DNA from: an uncultured delta proteobacterium
GTDB taxonomy: Bacteria; Myxococcota_A; Polyangia; Fen-1088
DNA: 64,000 nucleotides
Assembly: GCA_963796685.1 (NCBI GenBank)
Contig: CAWCMR010000025.1
Coordinates: 640,001-704,000, forward strand
Reading direction: 5' to 3'
Part shown: in pieces, positions 24,334-33,919 of the stretch
Layout of the letters: each line of letters opens with the position of its first letter
How positions within the stretch are numbered: the stretch's first letter is position 1
Made by a program: the position numbers and the translations under genes
The notes under the pieces: generated by a model
Seen by the model: the letters and a program-made list of their open reading frames with translations, nothing else
Told to the model about the DNA's origin: nothing
The model's database searches: none

Positions 24334-26331
24334 TCAAAATTCGATCTGCGCGCCGATCTCGACCACGCGATTGGGCGGAATGGCGAAAAAGTCGGTGGCC
24401 GATCGGGAGTTGCGCGACAAGAAGCGGAACAGGAACTTGCGCCAGTCCGCCATGCCCTTGCGGCTGTGCTTGATGATCAAGGTCTCGCGCCCAAGGTAGA
24501 AGCTGGTGTCGGCGACATCGGTCTCCAACCCGCGGGCGCGGCACCGGCGCAAAATGTCCGTCACGTCCGGGCTTTCCATGAACCCGTAGTGCGCGGTCAC
24601 CGCCCAGAAGCCCAGCTCGAAACGTTTGAGCCTGATCTTCTGCTGGTCGGGAACCTCGGGGACCGCGTCGGTGGTGACCGAGAGGATGACGACCTGTTTG
24701 TGCAGCACCTTGTTGTGCTTGAAATGGTGCAGAAGCACGCTCGGGGTTCCGCGCCGGGTAGAGGCCAGAAAGACCGCGGTGCCGGACACGCGGTAGGGCT
24801 TTGTTGCCACCACGTCGGCCACGAACACCGACAGGGGCAAGGTGTCGGCCGCGATCTTCTCGCCGAGCAGCGTGCGGCCTCGGTTCCAGGTCACCATCAC
24901 GCTGAACATGCCGCCCGCCAAGGCCAAGGGGACCCAGCCCCCATCGGCGATCTTGACCGAGCAGGCGGCGAAGAAGGACAGGTCGATAGCGAGGAGGAAC
25001 AACAACATGCCGCCCGCGCGCAACACGCTCCATCCCCAGCGATCGCGGGCCACCCAGTACGACAAGATCGACGTGATGGCCATGGTGCCGGTGACGGCGA
25101 TGCCGTAGGCGGAAGCCAGGTTGCTCGACGCGCGGAAATTCAGGACCAGGGCCACGCACACCACCATCAGCATGCGGTTCACCTCGGGTATGTAGATTTG
25201 GCCTTCGGTCTTGCCCGAGGTGTGCACCACCGTGACGCGAGGAAGGTAGCCGAGCTGAACCGCCTGGCGGGTCAGGGAAAAGGCGCCTGAAATGAGGGCC
25301 TGCGACGCCACCACCGTGGCCGCGGTGGCCAGCCCGACCATGGGATAGAGCCACCCCGACGGCACCATGGCGTAGAAGGGATTGCTGACCGCGCCGGGGC
25401 GTTCGAGAAGAAGCGCGCCCTGCCCGAAGTAGTTGAGCAAGAGTGCGGGAAACACGCAGACGTACCAGGCGAGCCTGATGGCGCGCGTGCCGAAGTGTCC
25501 CATGTCCGCGTAGAGGGCCTCGCCCCCGGTGACGCATAGAACCACCGAGCCGAGCACGAGAAATCCGTGCTTGCCGTGGGCGGCGAAGAACCGCACGGCG
25601 TGAATGGGATTGATGGCGCCCAAGATCGCGGGGTGGCGAAGCACCCAGGCCAGGCCCGTGGCACCGATGGCAATGAACCAGCACAGCGTCACCGGGCCGA
25701 ACACACTGCCGATGCCGCCCGTACCCCGTTTCTGTACCCAGAACAGGGCGACCAGAATCACGCAGGTCAAAGGCGCGACCACGGGCGTGAACGCGTGGGT
25801 CGCCACCTCCAGACCTTCCACCGCGGATAACACCGAGATGGCGGGCGTGATGACGCCATCGCCGTACAGCAGCGCGGAGCCGAAAAGCCCGAGCATGATG
25901 AGCACGTATTTCGCGCGCTTGACCTCCTGCCAGCTTGCGCGTTTGGGTCTTTTCCCTTGCTCGCTTCCGGTGAAGTCCCTCGGCTGGCCCACGCGCGCCG
26001 CCAGGGCCATGAGCGCGAGCACGCCGCCCTCGCCGTTGTTGTCGGCGCGCATGACGTAAAGAATGTACTTCACCGAAATGACGAGCGTGATGGACCAGAA
26101 GATCAGGGAGAGCAGACCGAGGATGTTCTCCGCCATGGGCGACACTCCGTGTGGAAGCGTCACGCACTCCTTGAGCGCGTAGAGGGGCGACGTCCCGATG
26201 TCGCCGTACACCACGCCCAGAGCCCCCAGGGCCAGCTTGGCGGTGTCCGAGCTGTGCCTTCTTTCCGTCTTGCCACTGTCCTGCATTTCGGGGGATACGC
26301 CGGCAGGAGTGGTCGCTTTGGCTTCGTTCAT
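24334..26331 (-). CDS. kup: KUP/HAK/KT potassium transporter
   Basis: GVVYGDIGTSPLYA, ADNNGEGG, GDGVITPAISVLSA, GGEALYADMGHFG. Confidence 0.96.
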   Translation of the reverse strand: MNEAKATTPAGVSPEMQDSGKTERRHSSDTAKLALGALGVVYGDIGTSPLYALKECVTLPHGVSPMAENILGLLSLIFWSITLVISVKYILYVMRADNNGEGGVLALMALAARVGQPRDFTGSEQGKRPKRASWQEVKRAKYVLIMLGLFGSALLYGDGVITPAISVLSAVEGLEVATHAFTPVVAPLTCVILVALFWVQKRGTGGIGSVFGPVTLCWFIAIGATGLAWVLRHPAILGAINPIHAVRFFAAHGKHGFLVLGSVVLCVTGGEALYADMGHFGTRAIRLAWYVCVFPALLLNYFGQGALLLERPGAVSNPFYAMVPSGWLYPMVGLATAATVVASQALISGAFSLTRQAVQLGYLPRVTVVHTSGKTEGQIYIPEVNRMLMVVCVALVLNFRASSNLASAYGIAVTGTMAITSILSYWVARDRWGWSVLRAGGMLLFLLAIDLSFFAACSVKIADGGWVPLALAGGMFSVMVTWNRGRTLLGEKIAADTLPLSVFVADVVATKPYRVSGTAVFLASTRRGTPSVLLHHFKHNKVLHKQVVILSVTTDAVPEVPDQQKIRLKRFELGFWAVTAHYGFMESPDVTDILRRCRARGLETDVADTSFYLGRETLIIKHSRKGMADWRKFLFRFLSRNSRSATDFFAIPPNRVVEIGAQIEF

Positions 26332-26479
26332 TCGGTGGCTCGCCACGCCCACGGGGTGGTCGCGGGAGATTATGCCAAAGAAAGTCTTTCTGCGACGTTT
26401 CCGTCCTATAGCATCGCCGTAGATTCTTCCGGCGGCGGCCCAAGTGCTGCTAACCTATGGACTTCAAAGGAGCCTACCC

Positions 26480-26686
26480 GTGCCTCTGTATGAGTATGTG
26501 TGTCGCAAGTGTTCGCGTCAGTTCGAGGAGCTGATCTTCGGAGACGCCAAGCCGTCTTGCCCGGCCTGCCAATCGAAGGATCTCGAGCGGGTCATGTCGG
26601 TGGTGGCCGTGGGTAAGGGCCAGCCCGACCTGCCACCCGGCCCGTGCGGCTCGTGCAGCCGCCGCGGCGGTTGCGGAATGAACTAG
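26480..26686 (+). CDS. FmdB-family zinc-ribbon protein
   Basis: PLYEYVCRKC..FEEL..CPACQS..LERVMS; AAGGAG RBS. Confidence 0.85.
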   Translation: MPLYEYVCRKCSRQFEELIFGDAKPSCPACQSKDLERVMSVVAVGKGQPDLPPGPCGSCSRRGGCGMN

Positions 26687-26708
26687 CCGGACCAGCCGGA
26701 AGAGCACG

Positions 26709-28553
26709 ATGACCATCACCTCCATGCGCGAGTGCGCCCTCGATCTCGCGCGGGCCGGTCATCTGCTCCGCGTCGAAAGCGAGGTCGACCCGAACCTCGA
26801 AATGGCCGAGATCCACCGTCGCGTCTTCCGTGCGGGCGGACCGGCGCTGTACTTTGCCAAGGTGCGCGGGTGCCGCTTCCCCATGGCGAGCAACCTCTTC
26901 GGCACCATCGAGCGCGCCCGCTTCATCTTTCGCGACTCGCTGGAAAAGGTCCGCCGGCTCATCGAGCTGCGCGTCGATCCATCGGCGTCGTGGAAGCGCC
27001 CGCTGCGCTACACGTCGGTGCCATGGACCTTGCTGCGCACGCGTCCGCGCAAGGTTGCGGGCGGGCCGCTCTTCGCCAACCAAACCTCGGTCAGCGAGCT
27101 GCCGCCGCTCAAGTGCTGGCCCGACGACGGCGGCGCCTTCATCACCCTGCCCGAGGTCTACACCGAGGACCCCAATCACCCCGGACACCGGTTCTCGAAT
27201 CTTGGCATGTACCGGGTGCAGCTTACGGGTGGCAGCTACGAAAAGGATCGCGAGGTCGGGCTGCACTACCAGCTCCATCGCGGCATCGGCATCCACCACG
27301 CCGCCGCGCTCGAACGCGGACAGCCCCTGCCCGTGAACATCTTCGTCGGCGGGCCGCCCGCCCTCGCCATCGCGGCCATGATGCCCTTGCCCGAGGGCAT
27401 GTCCGAGCTGGCCTTCGCCGGTGTCTTGGGGGGACGGCGCGTTCGCCTCACCGAGCAAAAAGGCTGGCCGCTGCCCATCTGTCCCGACGCCGACTTCTGT
27501 ATCCTGGGCGAAGTCCATCCCGGCGAGCTCAAGCCCGAAGGACCCTTCGGCGACCACCTTGGCTACTACAGCCTCAAGCACGATTTCCCGGTGCTGCACG
27601 TCCGCCGCATCTACCATCGCAGCGATGCGGTCTGGCCCTTCACCGTGGTCGGCCGCCCTCCCCAAGAGGACAGCGTCTTCGGCCAGCTCGTGCACGAGCT
27701 GACCGGACCCCTCATCCCGGCGCTGCTTCCAGGCGTGCGCCAAGTCCACGCCGTGGACGCTGCCGGTGTACACCCGCTTCTGCTCGCTATCGGCAGCGAG
27801 CGCTACGTTCCCTTCGCCGAGCGTAGCGAACCGCAAGAGCTGCTCACGCAGGCCAGCGCGCTTCTGGGTCAGGGACAACTTTCACTCGCCAAGTATCTCT
27901 TCATCGTGGCCGAGAACGACGATCCCGCGCTGCGAGCGGCCGAGATCCCGGCGTTCTTCCGCCACCTGCTCGAACGGGTGGACTGGCAGCGCGATCTGCA
28001 TTTTCACACCCGCACCACCATCGACACGCTCGATTATTCGGGCTCGGGGCTGCACCGAGGCTCGAAGGTCGTGGTGGCGGCGGTGGGTGCAAAGCGGCGC
28101 GCACTGCCCACGACGGTACCCGCCGATCTTCACCTGCCGGGTGGCTTTTCAGAGCCGCGGGTCACGCTTCCCGGGGTGCTGGCCGTGCGCGCGCCTACCC
28201 ACGTGACGAGCAGCGACGGAGTCGCGGCGGATCTGGGCGCCTTCTGCGCTGGTTTTGCCGCGACGAACGCCATCAACGCCTTTCCCCTCGTCGTGCTTGT
28301 CGACGACAGCGAATTCGCCGCGCGGACCCTGGACAATTTCCTGTGGGTGACCTTCACCCGCTCGAACCCGGCGCTGGACCTCGACGGCATCGGCGCCTCC
28401 ACCTTGCACAAGCACTGGGGCTGCACGGGCGCGCTGGTCATCGATGCCCGGCAAAAGAGCCATCACGCGCCGCCGCTGATCGAGGATCCTTCCATCAAAG
28501 CCCGCGTCGACGCCCTGTTCGCCGAGGGCGGCCCGCTGGCCGGAATCGAGTAG
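26709..28553 (+). CDS. UbiD family decarboxylase (long form)
   Basis: WPDDGGAFITLP, NLGMYR, EGPFGDHLGYYS, VVGRPPQED, DTLDYS. Confidence 0.9.
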   Translation: MTITSMRECALDLARAGHLLRVESEVDPNLEMAEIHRRVFRAGGPALYFAKVRGCRFPMASNLFGTIERARFIFRDSLEKVRRLIELRVDPSASWKRPLRYTSVPWTLLRTRPRKVAGGPLFANQTSVSELPPLKCWPDDGGAFITLPEVYTEDPNHPGHRFSNLGMYRVQLTGGSYEKDREVGLHYQLHRGIGIHHAAALERGQPLPVNIFVGGPPALAIAAMMPLPEGMSELAFAGVLGGRRVRLTEQKGWPLPICPDADFCILGEVHPGELKPEGPFGDHLGYYSLKHDFPVLHVRRIYHRSDAVWPFTVVGRPPQEDSVFGQLVHELTGPLIPALLPGVRQVHAVDAAGVHPLLLAIGSERYVPFAERSEPQELLTQASALLGQGQLSLAKYLFIVAENDDPALRAAEIPAFFRHLLERVDWQRDLHFHTRTTIDTLDYSGSGLHRGSKVVVAAVGAKRRALPTTVPADLHLPGGFSEPRVTLPGVLAVRAPTHVTSSDGVAADLGAFCAGFAATNAINAFPLVVLVDDSEFAARTLDNFLWVTFTRSNPALDLDGIGASTLHKHWGCTGALVIDARQKSHHAPPLIEDPSIKARVDALFAEGGPLAGIE

Positions 28554-28558
28554 TCAGG

Positions 28559-29485
28559 TCACTCGGCGTGGCCATCGTTCGGGATTCCGGGAGCTAGATC
28601 GACGGGGCGAGGCAGAGCATCGAGCCCGAAGACCGGCAGGGCGACCTCCGACCGAAGCGGCAAGGCATCGACCTTGATGATGACCGATCCGAGATCCGAG
28701 GTCACGTGGGCGTCGGGCTTGTAGGGAGCGGCGTCCGGGGTTTGCGGAGCGATCGGCCCGGCGTCGAGCTTGCTGGCTGCCGCGCCACCCGCGCCACCGG
28801 CACCAAGGTAGCCGCCCGAGCCGCCCGCCGCGGCATAGCCACCCGACACCCCTCCGCTGCTCGCTTCACCCGTCGAAGAGGAGCAGGCCGTTTGCGGCGG
28901 ACAATTGAACGCGCTCACGCAGGCGTAGAGGTTGAGCAAGCAGGTCGCGCAAGGATCGGACATGGCGTAGTTCATCAGGCAAGCATCCTCGCACGCGGAC
29001 TTGCCCGCGTCGCACGGGCAAGAAAGCATGCACGTGGCATAGGACTGACATTTGCCGCCCGCGGCTTTGGACATCCCGTCGGAGTAGTAGCAGGCGACAA
29101 GATTCGTCGTGCAGTTGTCTTCGACACAGGCCAGGTAGCTGCCCGAAACCGGGCAGGTACCACCGCTGGTCGAGACGCACTGGGTGGTCGCGAGGTCGCG
29201 CGTTCCCCCGGTGACGCGGACGGTTCCGCCGAGGATCGAACCGCCCGCGCCGCCCGAGCCTCCGAAGGAAAGAGTGACGCCGCCACCCGAGCCCCCGTCG
29301 TAGCCGACCTGACCAGACAATCCCTGTCCGCCCTGTCCGCCCTGTCCGCCCTGGCCACCGGTGCCGCCAGATGGCTGCCCGCTCCCCACGCCGCTGTCAT
29401 TCCACACCGACATGAGTGCGCTGGAGTCGCCACAACCGACGACAGCAAGAGATCCGGTCACGAGGAGGTAGGCTAAAGAACGCAT
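28559..29485 (-). CDS. Cys-rich lipoprotein
   Basis: Lipobox VVGC, Gly-rich linkers, CxxCxxxC helical Cys domain. Confidence 0.7.
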   Translation of the reverse strand: MRSLAYLLVTGSLAVVGCGDSSALMSVWNDSGVGSGQPSGGTGGQGGQGGQGGQGLSGQVGYDGGSGGGVTLSFGGSGGAGGSILGGTVRVTGGTRDLATTQCVSTSGGTCPVSGSYLACVEDNCTTNLVACYYSDGMSKAAGGKCQSYATCMLSCPCDAGKSACEDACLMNYAMSDPCATCLLNLYACVSAFNCPPQTACSSSTGEASSGGVSGGYAAAGGSGGYLGAGGAGGAAASKLDAGPIAPQTPDAAPYKPDAHVTSDLGSVIIKVDALPLRSEVALPVFGLDALPRPVDLAPGIPNDGHAE

Positions 29486-29614
29486 GATTCACCTTGGGCG
29501 AGAGGGCCTGCGCTTCGAGTGTGAGCACCGCGGGCGATTCTGTCAAACCGCGCACGGCCCGGGCGTCAACGCGCTGTGATGGCGATCCCATGCCAGCCCG
29601 CGGATTGCCCGTGC

Positions 29615-31312
29615 TCACGGCACCGTTGACTGTTGCGAAACCTGCGTGCCGGCGTGCAAGCCGGGCGCGGGGTCGACAATGATGTGGTCGCCCGCATCCA
29701 GGCCCTGAACCACGACGGCCTCCGCGGCGTCGCGCTCCGCAATGGTCACGGGGCGCGGCTCGACGCGCGATTGAGCCGAGACCAGGAGAAGCTCATCCCT
29801 GCTCCCGGTGCCCACGATCGCCGTCAAGGGGACCACGTACGCGCCCTCGAATCGGGCGCGGGCCAGGCGCGCCGCCTTGCCAACCAGCGAGTGGGGAAGC
29901 GAGGCGATCTCCACACTGAGGTGGGTCGCGTCGCCAGCGTCTTGGATGCGCGAGCAGTCGAAAATATAGCCGCCCGATTCGACCTGGCAGAACCCGAGCT
30001 TGCGCGCCTGCGTTGCCTGCTGGCGCGAGAGCTCGAAGGTGGCGCGAAACCCCACGGAGCGCAGGCGCAAGGCCGGGCTGCCCGCCTCGACGGTGTCCCC
30101 CTCGCGCGCGAAGGTCTCGTCCACCACGCCCGAGGCGTCCATGACCACTGCCACGCCGGCCAAGGCCTGCAAGGTCTTGGCGATGCTGGCGCTGCGGATC
30201 TCGGCCTTGGCAGCTTGCTGCTCTTCTTCCTTGGAGTTGCCGACCTGGTGCATGGCCTCGGCCATCTGCTGGTAGTAGGCCAGGCGTTCGCGCTGGCGTG
30301 CAAGTTGGTCCTGCAAGGGCTTGGCGCTGGCCACGGCCGCCGCCACGTCGCCGGTGGCGAGGGTGCTGCCCACGCTCGCCATGCGGGTGACCTTGCCCGC
30401 GGCCGGGAACTTCAGGGTCAACCCGGGCACGGACTCGACGACGCCCGCGCCGTCGAAGTAACGCAGAACGGTCGAAGGCGCCGCGGTCAACGTTCGCACC
30501 CTGGGCCGCGGTGGCTCCGGTCGGGAGAAGAGAAACGGCAGGACCAGGGCAAGAATAGCCGCCGCGGCGAGAACGCCGAGGGAGCCAAAGAGTATCAGCG
30601 AACGGCGCAACCGTTTGCGCGTTGACGGTCGCTCGACAATAGGTCCGAAGGTGACCGGCACGGGCGTCATCAGCGGCCTCGGTGTCGCCCACGGCGGTGG
30701 GGCACTCGGCGGCGACGCCTCGGGCACCGGCACCCACAAGACGGGCGCAGGCAGCACGGGAAAGGCGGTCGAGTCCGCTGCGACGGTCGGGGGCGAACCG
30801 GTTTCCGACGCGGCGCCGTCCTCGAGCTTCGTGGCCGCGACCGCGATGATTTCCCCCGCCTCGCCGGCGGCGGGTAGCGGGCTCGGCTCGGAGGGCGACA
30901 CGCCCGGCTCGACGGGTGGCGCCGCGAAAACATCGTCGCCTCCCGCGCTTGGCTGCGCCAGCGCCTCGCCGGTCTCGGGCGACGCGGGCGGCCCCGCGAG
31001 CTCGACGACTTCACCTTCTTCGAGAGCCGCTACCTCTTCGATGGCTCCTTCGAGAAACCCCAGCTCTTCCAGGCGCGCTGCGAAGGCCTGCAGCTGCTCC
31101 ACGCTCAGCTCCAGCCCGGTCGAGAGCCTCACCCAAGGGACCACCTTGTCGAGGGCCAGGCCATCGAAGGCAAGCGCCACGCGGTACTCGAAATCGTAGA
31201 AAACGAAGGTTCCACCCGTGCGAGGATCGCGAACCTCGACGTAGCGCTCGCCATCCGCCTCCAAGGGAACGGCTTCGAGATCGTGGCGAAAGCTCGGTCT
31301 TTCCAGGGACAT
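29615..31312 (-). CDS. Membrane-fusion (HlyD/RND adaptor-like) protein with N-terminal PqqD/RRE-like domain
   Basis: TM helix, AAGKVTRM..G lipoyl half, coiled coil, ASGVV..EGDTVEAG, VVPLTAI..VVQGLDAGD; N-terminal RHDL..VRDPRTG..EY..DG..F..L..LGFLE. Confidence 0.7.
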   Translation of the reverse strand: MSLERPSFRHDLEAVPLEADGERYVEVRDPRTGGTFVFYDFEYRVALAFDGLALDKVVPWVRLSTGLELSVEQLQAFAARLEELGFLEGAIEEVAALEEGEVVELAGPPASPETGEALAQPSAGGDDVFAAPPVEPGVSPSEPSPLPAAGEAGEIIAVAATKLEDGAASETGSPPTVAADSTAFPVLPAPVLWVPVPEASPPSAPPPWATPRPLMTPVPVTFGPIVERPSTRKRLRRSLILFGSLGVLAAAAILALVLPFLFSRPEPPRPRVRTLTAAPSTVLRYFDGAGVVESVPGLTLKFPAAGKVTRMASVGSTLATGDVAAAVASAKPLQDQLARQRERLAYYQQMAEAMHQVGNSKEEEQQAAKAEIRSASIAKTLQALAGVAVVMDASGVVDETFAREGDTVEAGSPALRLRSVGFRATFELSRQQATQARKLGFCQVESGGYIFDCSRIQDAGDATHLSVEIASLPHSLVGKAARLARARFEGAYVVPLTAIVGTGSRDELLLVSAQSRVEPRPVTIAERDAAEAVVVQGLDAGDHIIVDPAPGLHAGTQVSQQSTVP

Positions 31313-31479
31313 GGTCAGATCATCACCAGGCCCACAGACTATCGCCAAACTCGATTGACCGCGAGCTAACCGATGTCTAGTTGACGGCATCCATAAACAT
31401 GGATAAATGAGTCGCGTTCGACCCGGCGTAGGGTCTCCGCCAGTCGGCGGAGGTTCCGCGCCGTAAAGAAAGGTGCACC

Positions 31480-32466
31480 ATGGCTGACTTGAAGACGACG
31501 TATATGGGAATTCCGCTCGCCAATCCCCTGGTGGTCGGCGCGTGCTCGCTGTCGAAGACTGTCGACAGCATCAAGGCGCTCGAGGCCGCCGGGGCCGGAG
31601 GGCTGGTCATCAAGTCCCTGTTCGAGGAGCAGGTCCAGATCGAAGAAGAGGACTTCGAGCGCAAGCTCGCCGCGCACGACAACACCGACTCGGAGGCGCA
31701 GTCGTTCTTCCCCCAGCTCCGCCATGGCGGTCCCAAGGAGCACGTCTTCTGGGTGAAGGAAGCGCGCAAGGCGGTCAAGTTCCCGCTCTTCGCCAGCCTG
31801 AACTGCATCAACGGCGGCTCGTGGATCGAGTACGCCAAGCAGCTCGCCGACACCGGTGTCAACGGGCTCGAGCTGAACTTCTACTCGCCGGCCCTGAGCC
31901 CCGAGGTACTGTCGAGCGACATCGAGAAGGCGGAGGCGGACGTGGTCGCGCAGGTGCGGGCCGCGGTCAAGCTGCCCATCGCGGTCAAGCTGCATCCCTA
32001 CTACACCAGCCTGATGAACGTCGCGGCCCGATTCGAAAAGGCCGGCGCCGGGGCCCTGATTCTCTTCAATCGTTTGTTCGAGCCCGACATCGACGTCGAC
32101 GCCGTGGCCAAGAAGGCGGGTTTCCGCCCCAGCGAATCGCACGACTCGCTGGTGGCCCTGCGCTGGATCGGTCTTCTGGCCAAGCGGAGCAAGGCCGATT
32201 TGGTGGGCAGCACCGGCGTGAGCAGCGGCAAGGACGTCGCGCGTCTCATTCTGGCCGGCGCCAACTCCGTGCAAGCGGTGAGCGTGCTGCTCAAGAACCA
32301 CGGCGCGGGCGTGCAGAAGATCCTGGGCGAGCTCGACGCTTGGATGACCGAGCACAAGTTCGCCAACCTGGCTGCCTTCCGTGGCAAGCTGGCCGGCGGC
32401 AAGGACAGCGATGCCTGGTCCTACGAGCGTGGCCAGTACATCAAGGCCATCGTCGGGATAGAGTAG
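31480..32466 (+). CDS. Dihydroorotate dehydrogenase-like flavoprotein
   Basis: LKTTYMGIPLANP, KSLFEEQ, LELN, PIAVKL, LFNR, ALRWI, GKDV, YERGQYIK. Confidence 0.85.
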   Translation: MADLKTTYMGIPLANPLVVGACSLSKTVDSIKALEAAGAGGLVIKSLFEEQVQIEEEDFERKLAAHDNTDSEAQSFFPQLRHGGPKEHVFWVKEARKAVKFPLFASLNCINGGSWIEYAKQLADTGVNGLELNFYSPALSPEVLSSDIEKAEADVVAQVRAAVKLPIAVKLHPYYTSLMNVAARFEKAGAGALILFNRLFEPDIDVDAVAKKAGFRPSESHDSLVALRWIGLLAKRSKADLVGSTGVSSGKDVARLILAGANSVQAVSVLLKNHGAGVQKILGELDAWMTEHKFANLAAFRGKLAGGKDSDAWSYERGQYIKAIVGIE

Positions 32467-32502
32467 AGGGGAGATCGGAATTCCCCGACCTCCGGCGCCG
32501 AT

Positions 32503-33804
32503 CTACGGAATCGGCGCGGAGGAAATGCAACAGCCGCTGACACACGACGCGCCCGAGGGGCAGCTCACGATGGCGCCCTCGGCGCCGATTTGGCCACAAG
32601 GATACGAGTCGACCGGGCACGTGAGGGTGGTGCAGCAGCCGTTCAGGCAGCTCTCACCCTCGAGGCAGGAGGCATACCCTCCCCCTTCGGCCATGCCCTC
32701 GCCGCAAGTCGCGGTGTTGTCGGGGCAGGTGGGTGGCGGCGTCGTGTTCCCTCCGGCGCAGAACACGATGCACGCCTCACCGCAGTCGCCGCCGGACTTG
32801 TTCTGATCGCCGTCGTGAACGATGACCTGCAGGCGATACGAGTGCCCCGGCTGGAAGGTCACCCCCCACTTCACCTCCGCGCTCCAGCCTTCGTCCTTGA
32901 TTCCCGATGGAACCGGGTCATTGATGCCGAGGTTCCAGTCGTTCTTCGCCGGATCCGCGTCGGGTGTCACCGACACGATCGCCGGCGAGGCGGTCTTGTC
33001 GACGGTGCGAACCGCGGACTTCCAGGAGCCGTAGACGGCGTTCGGATTGATAGGCCGCCCCCCCATCTGCCAATCGCCGGCGCGGCTCTGTGGATTCTGG
33101 GTCACGTCGGTCACGTACAACACCGGCCACAGGGGGCGCAACGAAGGATCGAGTCCGGTGTTGTCACCGGTCAAGGCGTTGGTTCCCGTTTGCGGATTGA
33201 GCACGCTGCTGGGGCTGGCTGGCAACACGGACACCGGGTAATCGGTGCTGGTGCTCCCTGTCGCGGTCTGCACCACGACCTGGCGCACGCCCAGGGTCAT
33301 CGCGTGCTCGTCGTTGTAAAGCAGGGTGACGATCCCGCCGGCTGCATCGATGGAAGGTCGGATAGCGCGCAGGACCTCGCTCTCGTTGAACGCGACGCTG
33401 GTAAGGGCAACGTCGCTGGCATAGGGATAGCCGCACCCCGTGACGATGGCACCGACCACGCCCGGCGCGCAGGTCACGCTGGCGCCGCCATCGCTGCCGC
33501 TGCCGGCTGCCGCGCCGCCACTGCCGCCCGCGCCGTTCTTTCCGGGGCCTCCGGGTCCACCCGGACCACCGGGACCGGCAGCCCCGCCATCGCCGGTGAC
33601 CACCCAGGTTCCTCCTTGGTCGCCGCCGAAACCTCCAAGGGTCCCGACTTGGACGTCCCCACCGCTTCCAAGAACCCCCCCGGCTCCGATGAAGACACCG
33701 GTTCCTCCCCCGCCGGGGGTCCCTCCGTCGCCAACGCTGCCCGAGCTGCAGGCGCACGCGAGTACCAAGTTGATCCCGATGAGCAGCTTGCTGATCTTCG
33801 ACAT
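32503..33804 (-). CDS. Hypothetical lipoprotein with Gly-rich linker and Cys-rich C-terminus
   Basis: Lipobox ACAC; central FNESEVL..YNDEHA..HDGDQNK domain. Confidence 0.75.
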   Translation of the reverse strand: MSKISKLLIGINLVLACACSSGSVGDGGTPGGGGTGVFIGAGGVLGSGGDVQVGTLGGFGGDQGGTWVVTGDGGAAGPGGPGGPGGPGKNGAGGSGGAAAGSGSDGGASVTCAPGVVGAIVTGCGYPYASDVALTSVAFNESEVLRAIRPSIDAAGGIVTLLYNDEHAMTLGVRQVVVQTATGSTSTDYPVSVLPASPSSVLNPQTGTNALTGDNTGLDPSLRPLWPVLYVTDVTQNPQSRAGDWQMGGRPINPNAVYGSWKSAVRTVDKTASPAIVSVTPDADPAKNDWNLGINDPVPSGIKDEGWSAEVKWGVTFQPGHSYRLQVIVHDGDQNKSGGDCGEACIVFCAGGNTTPPPTCPDNTATCGEGMAEGGGYASCLEGESCLNGCCTTLTCPVDSYPCGQIGAEGAIVSCPSGASCVSGCCISSAPIP

Positions 33805-33919
33805 GACGATTCCCCTTCTGTCCATGTAGTGGCAAGGAGGATCGAAAAAGTAAGGTGAGCCGGCGCGTGCTCGCGCCCTGGCCAACTTGACAAATCGCGC
33901 CAGCACGAAGCGGAGTACC

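Noticed and set aside
29580-29597. Sigma-54 promoter for the 29485 lipoprotein
   Set aside because: Spacing is 9 and the -12 element is poor
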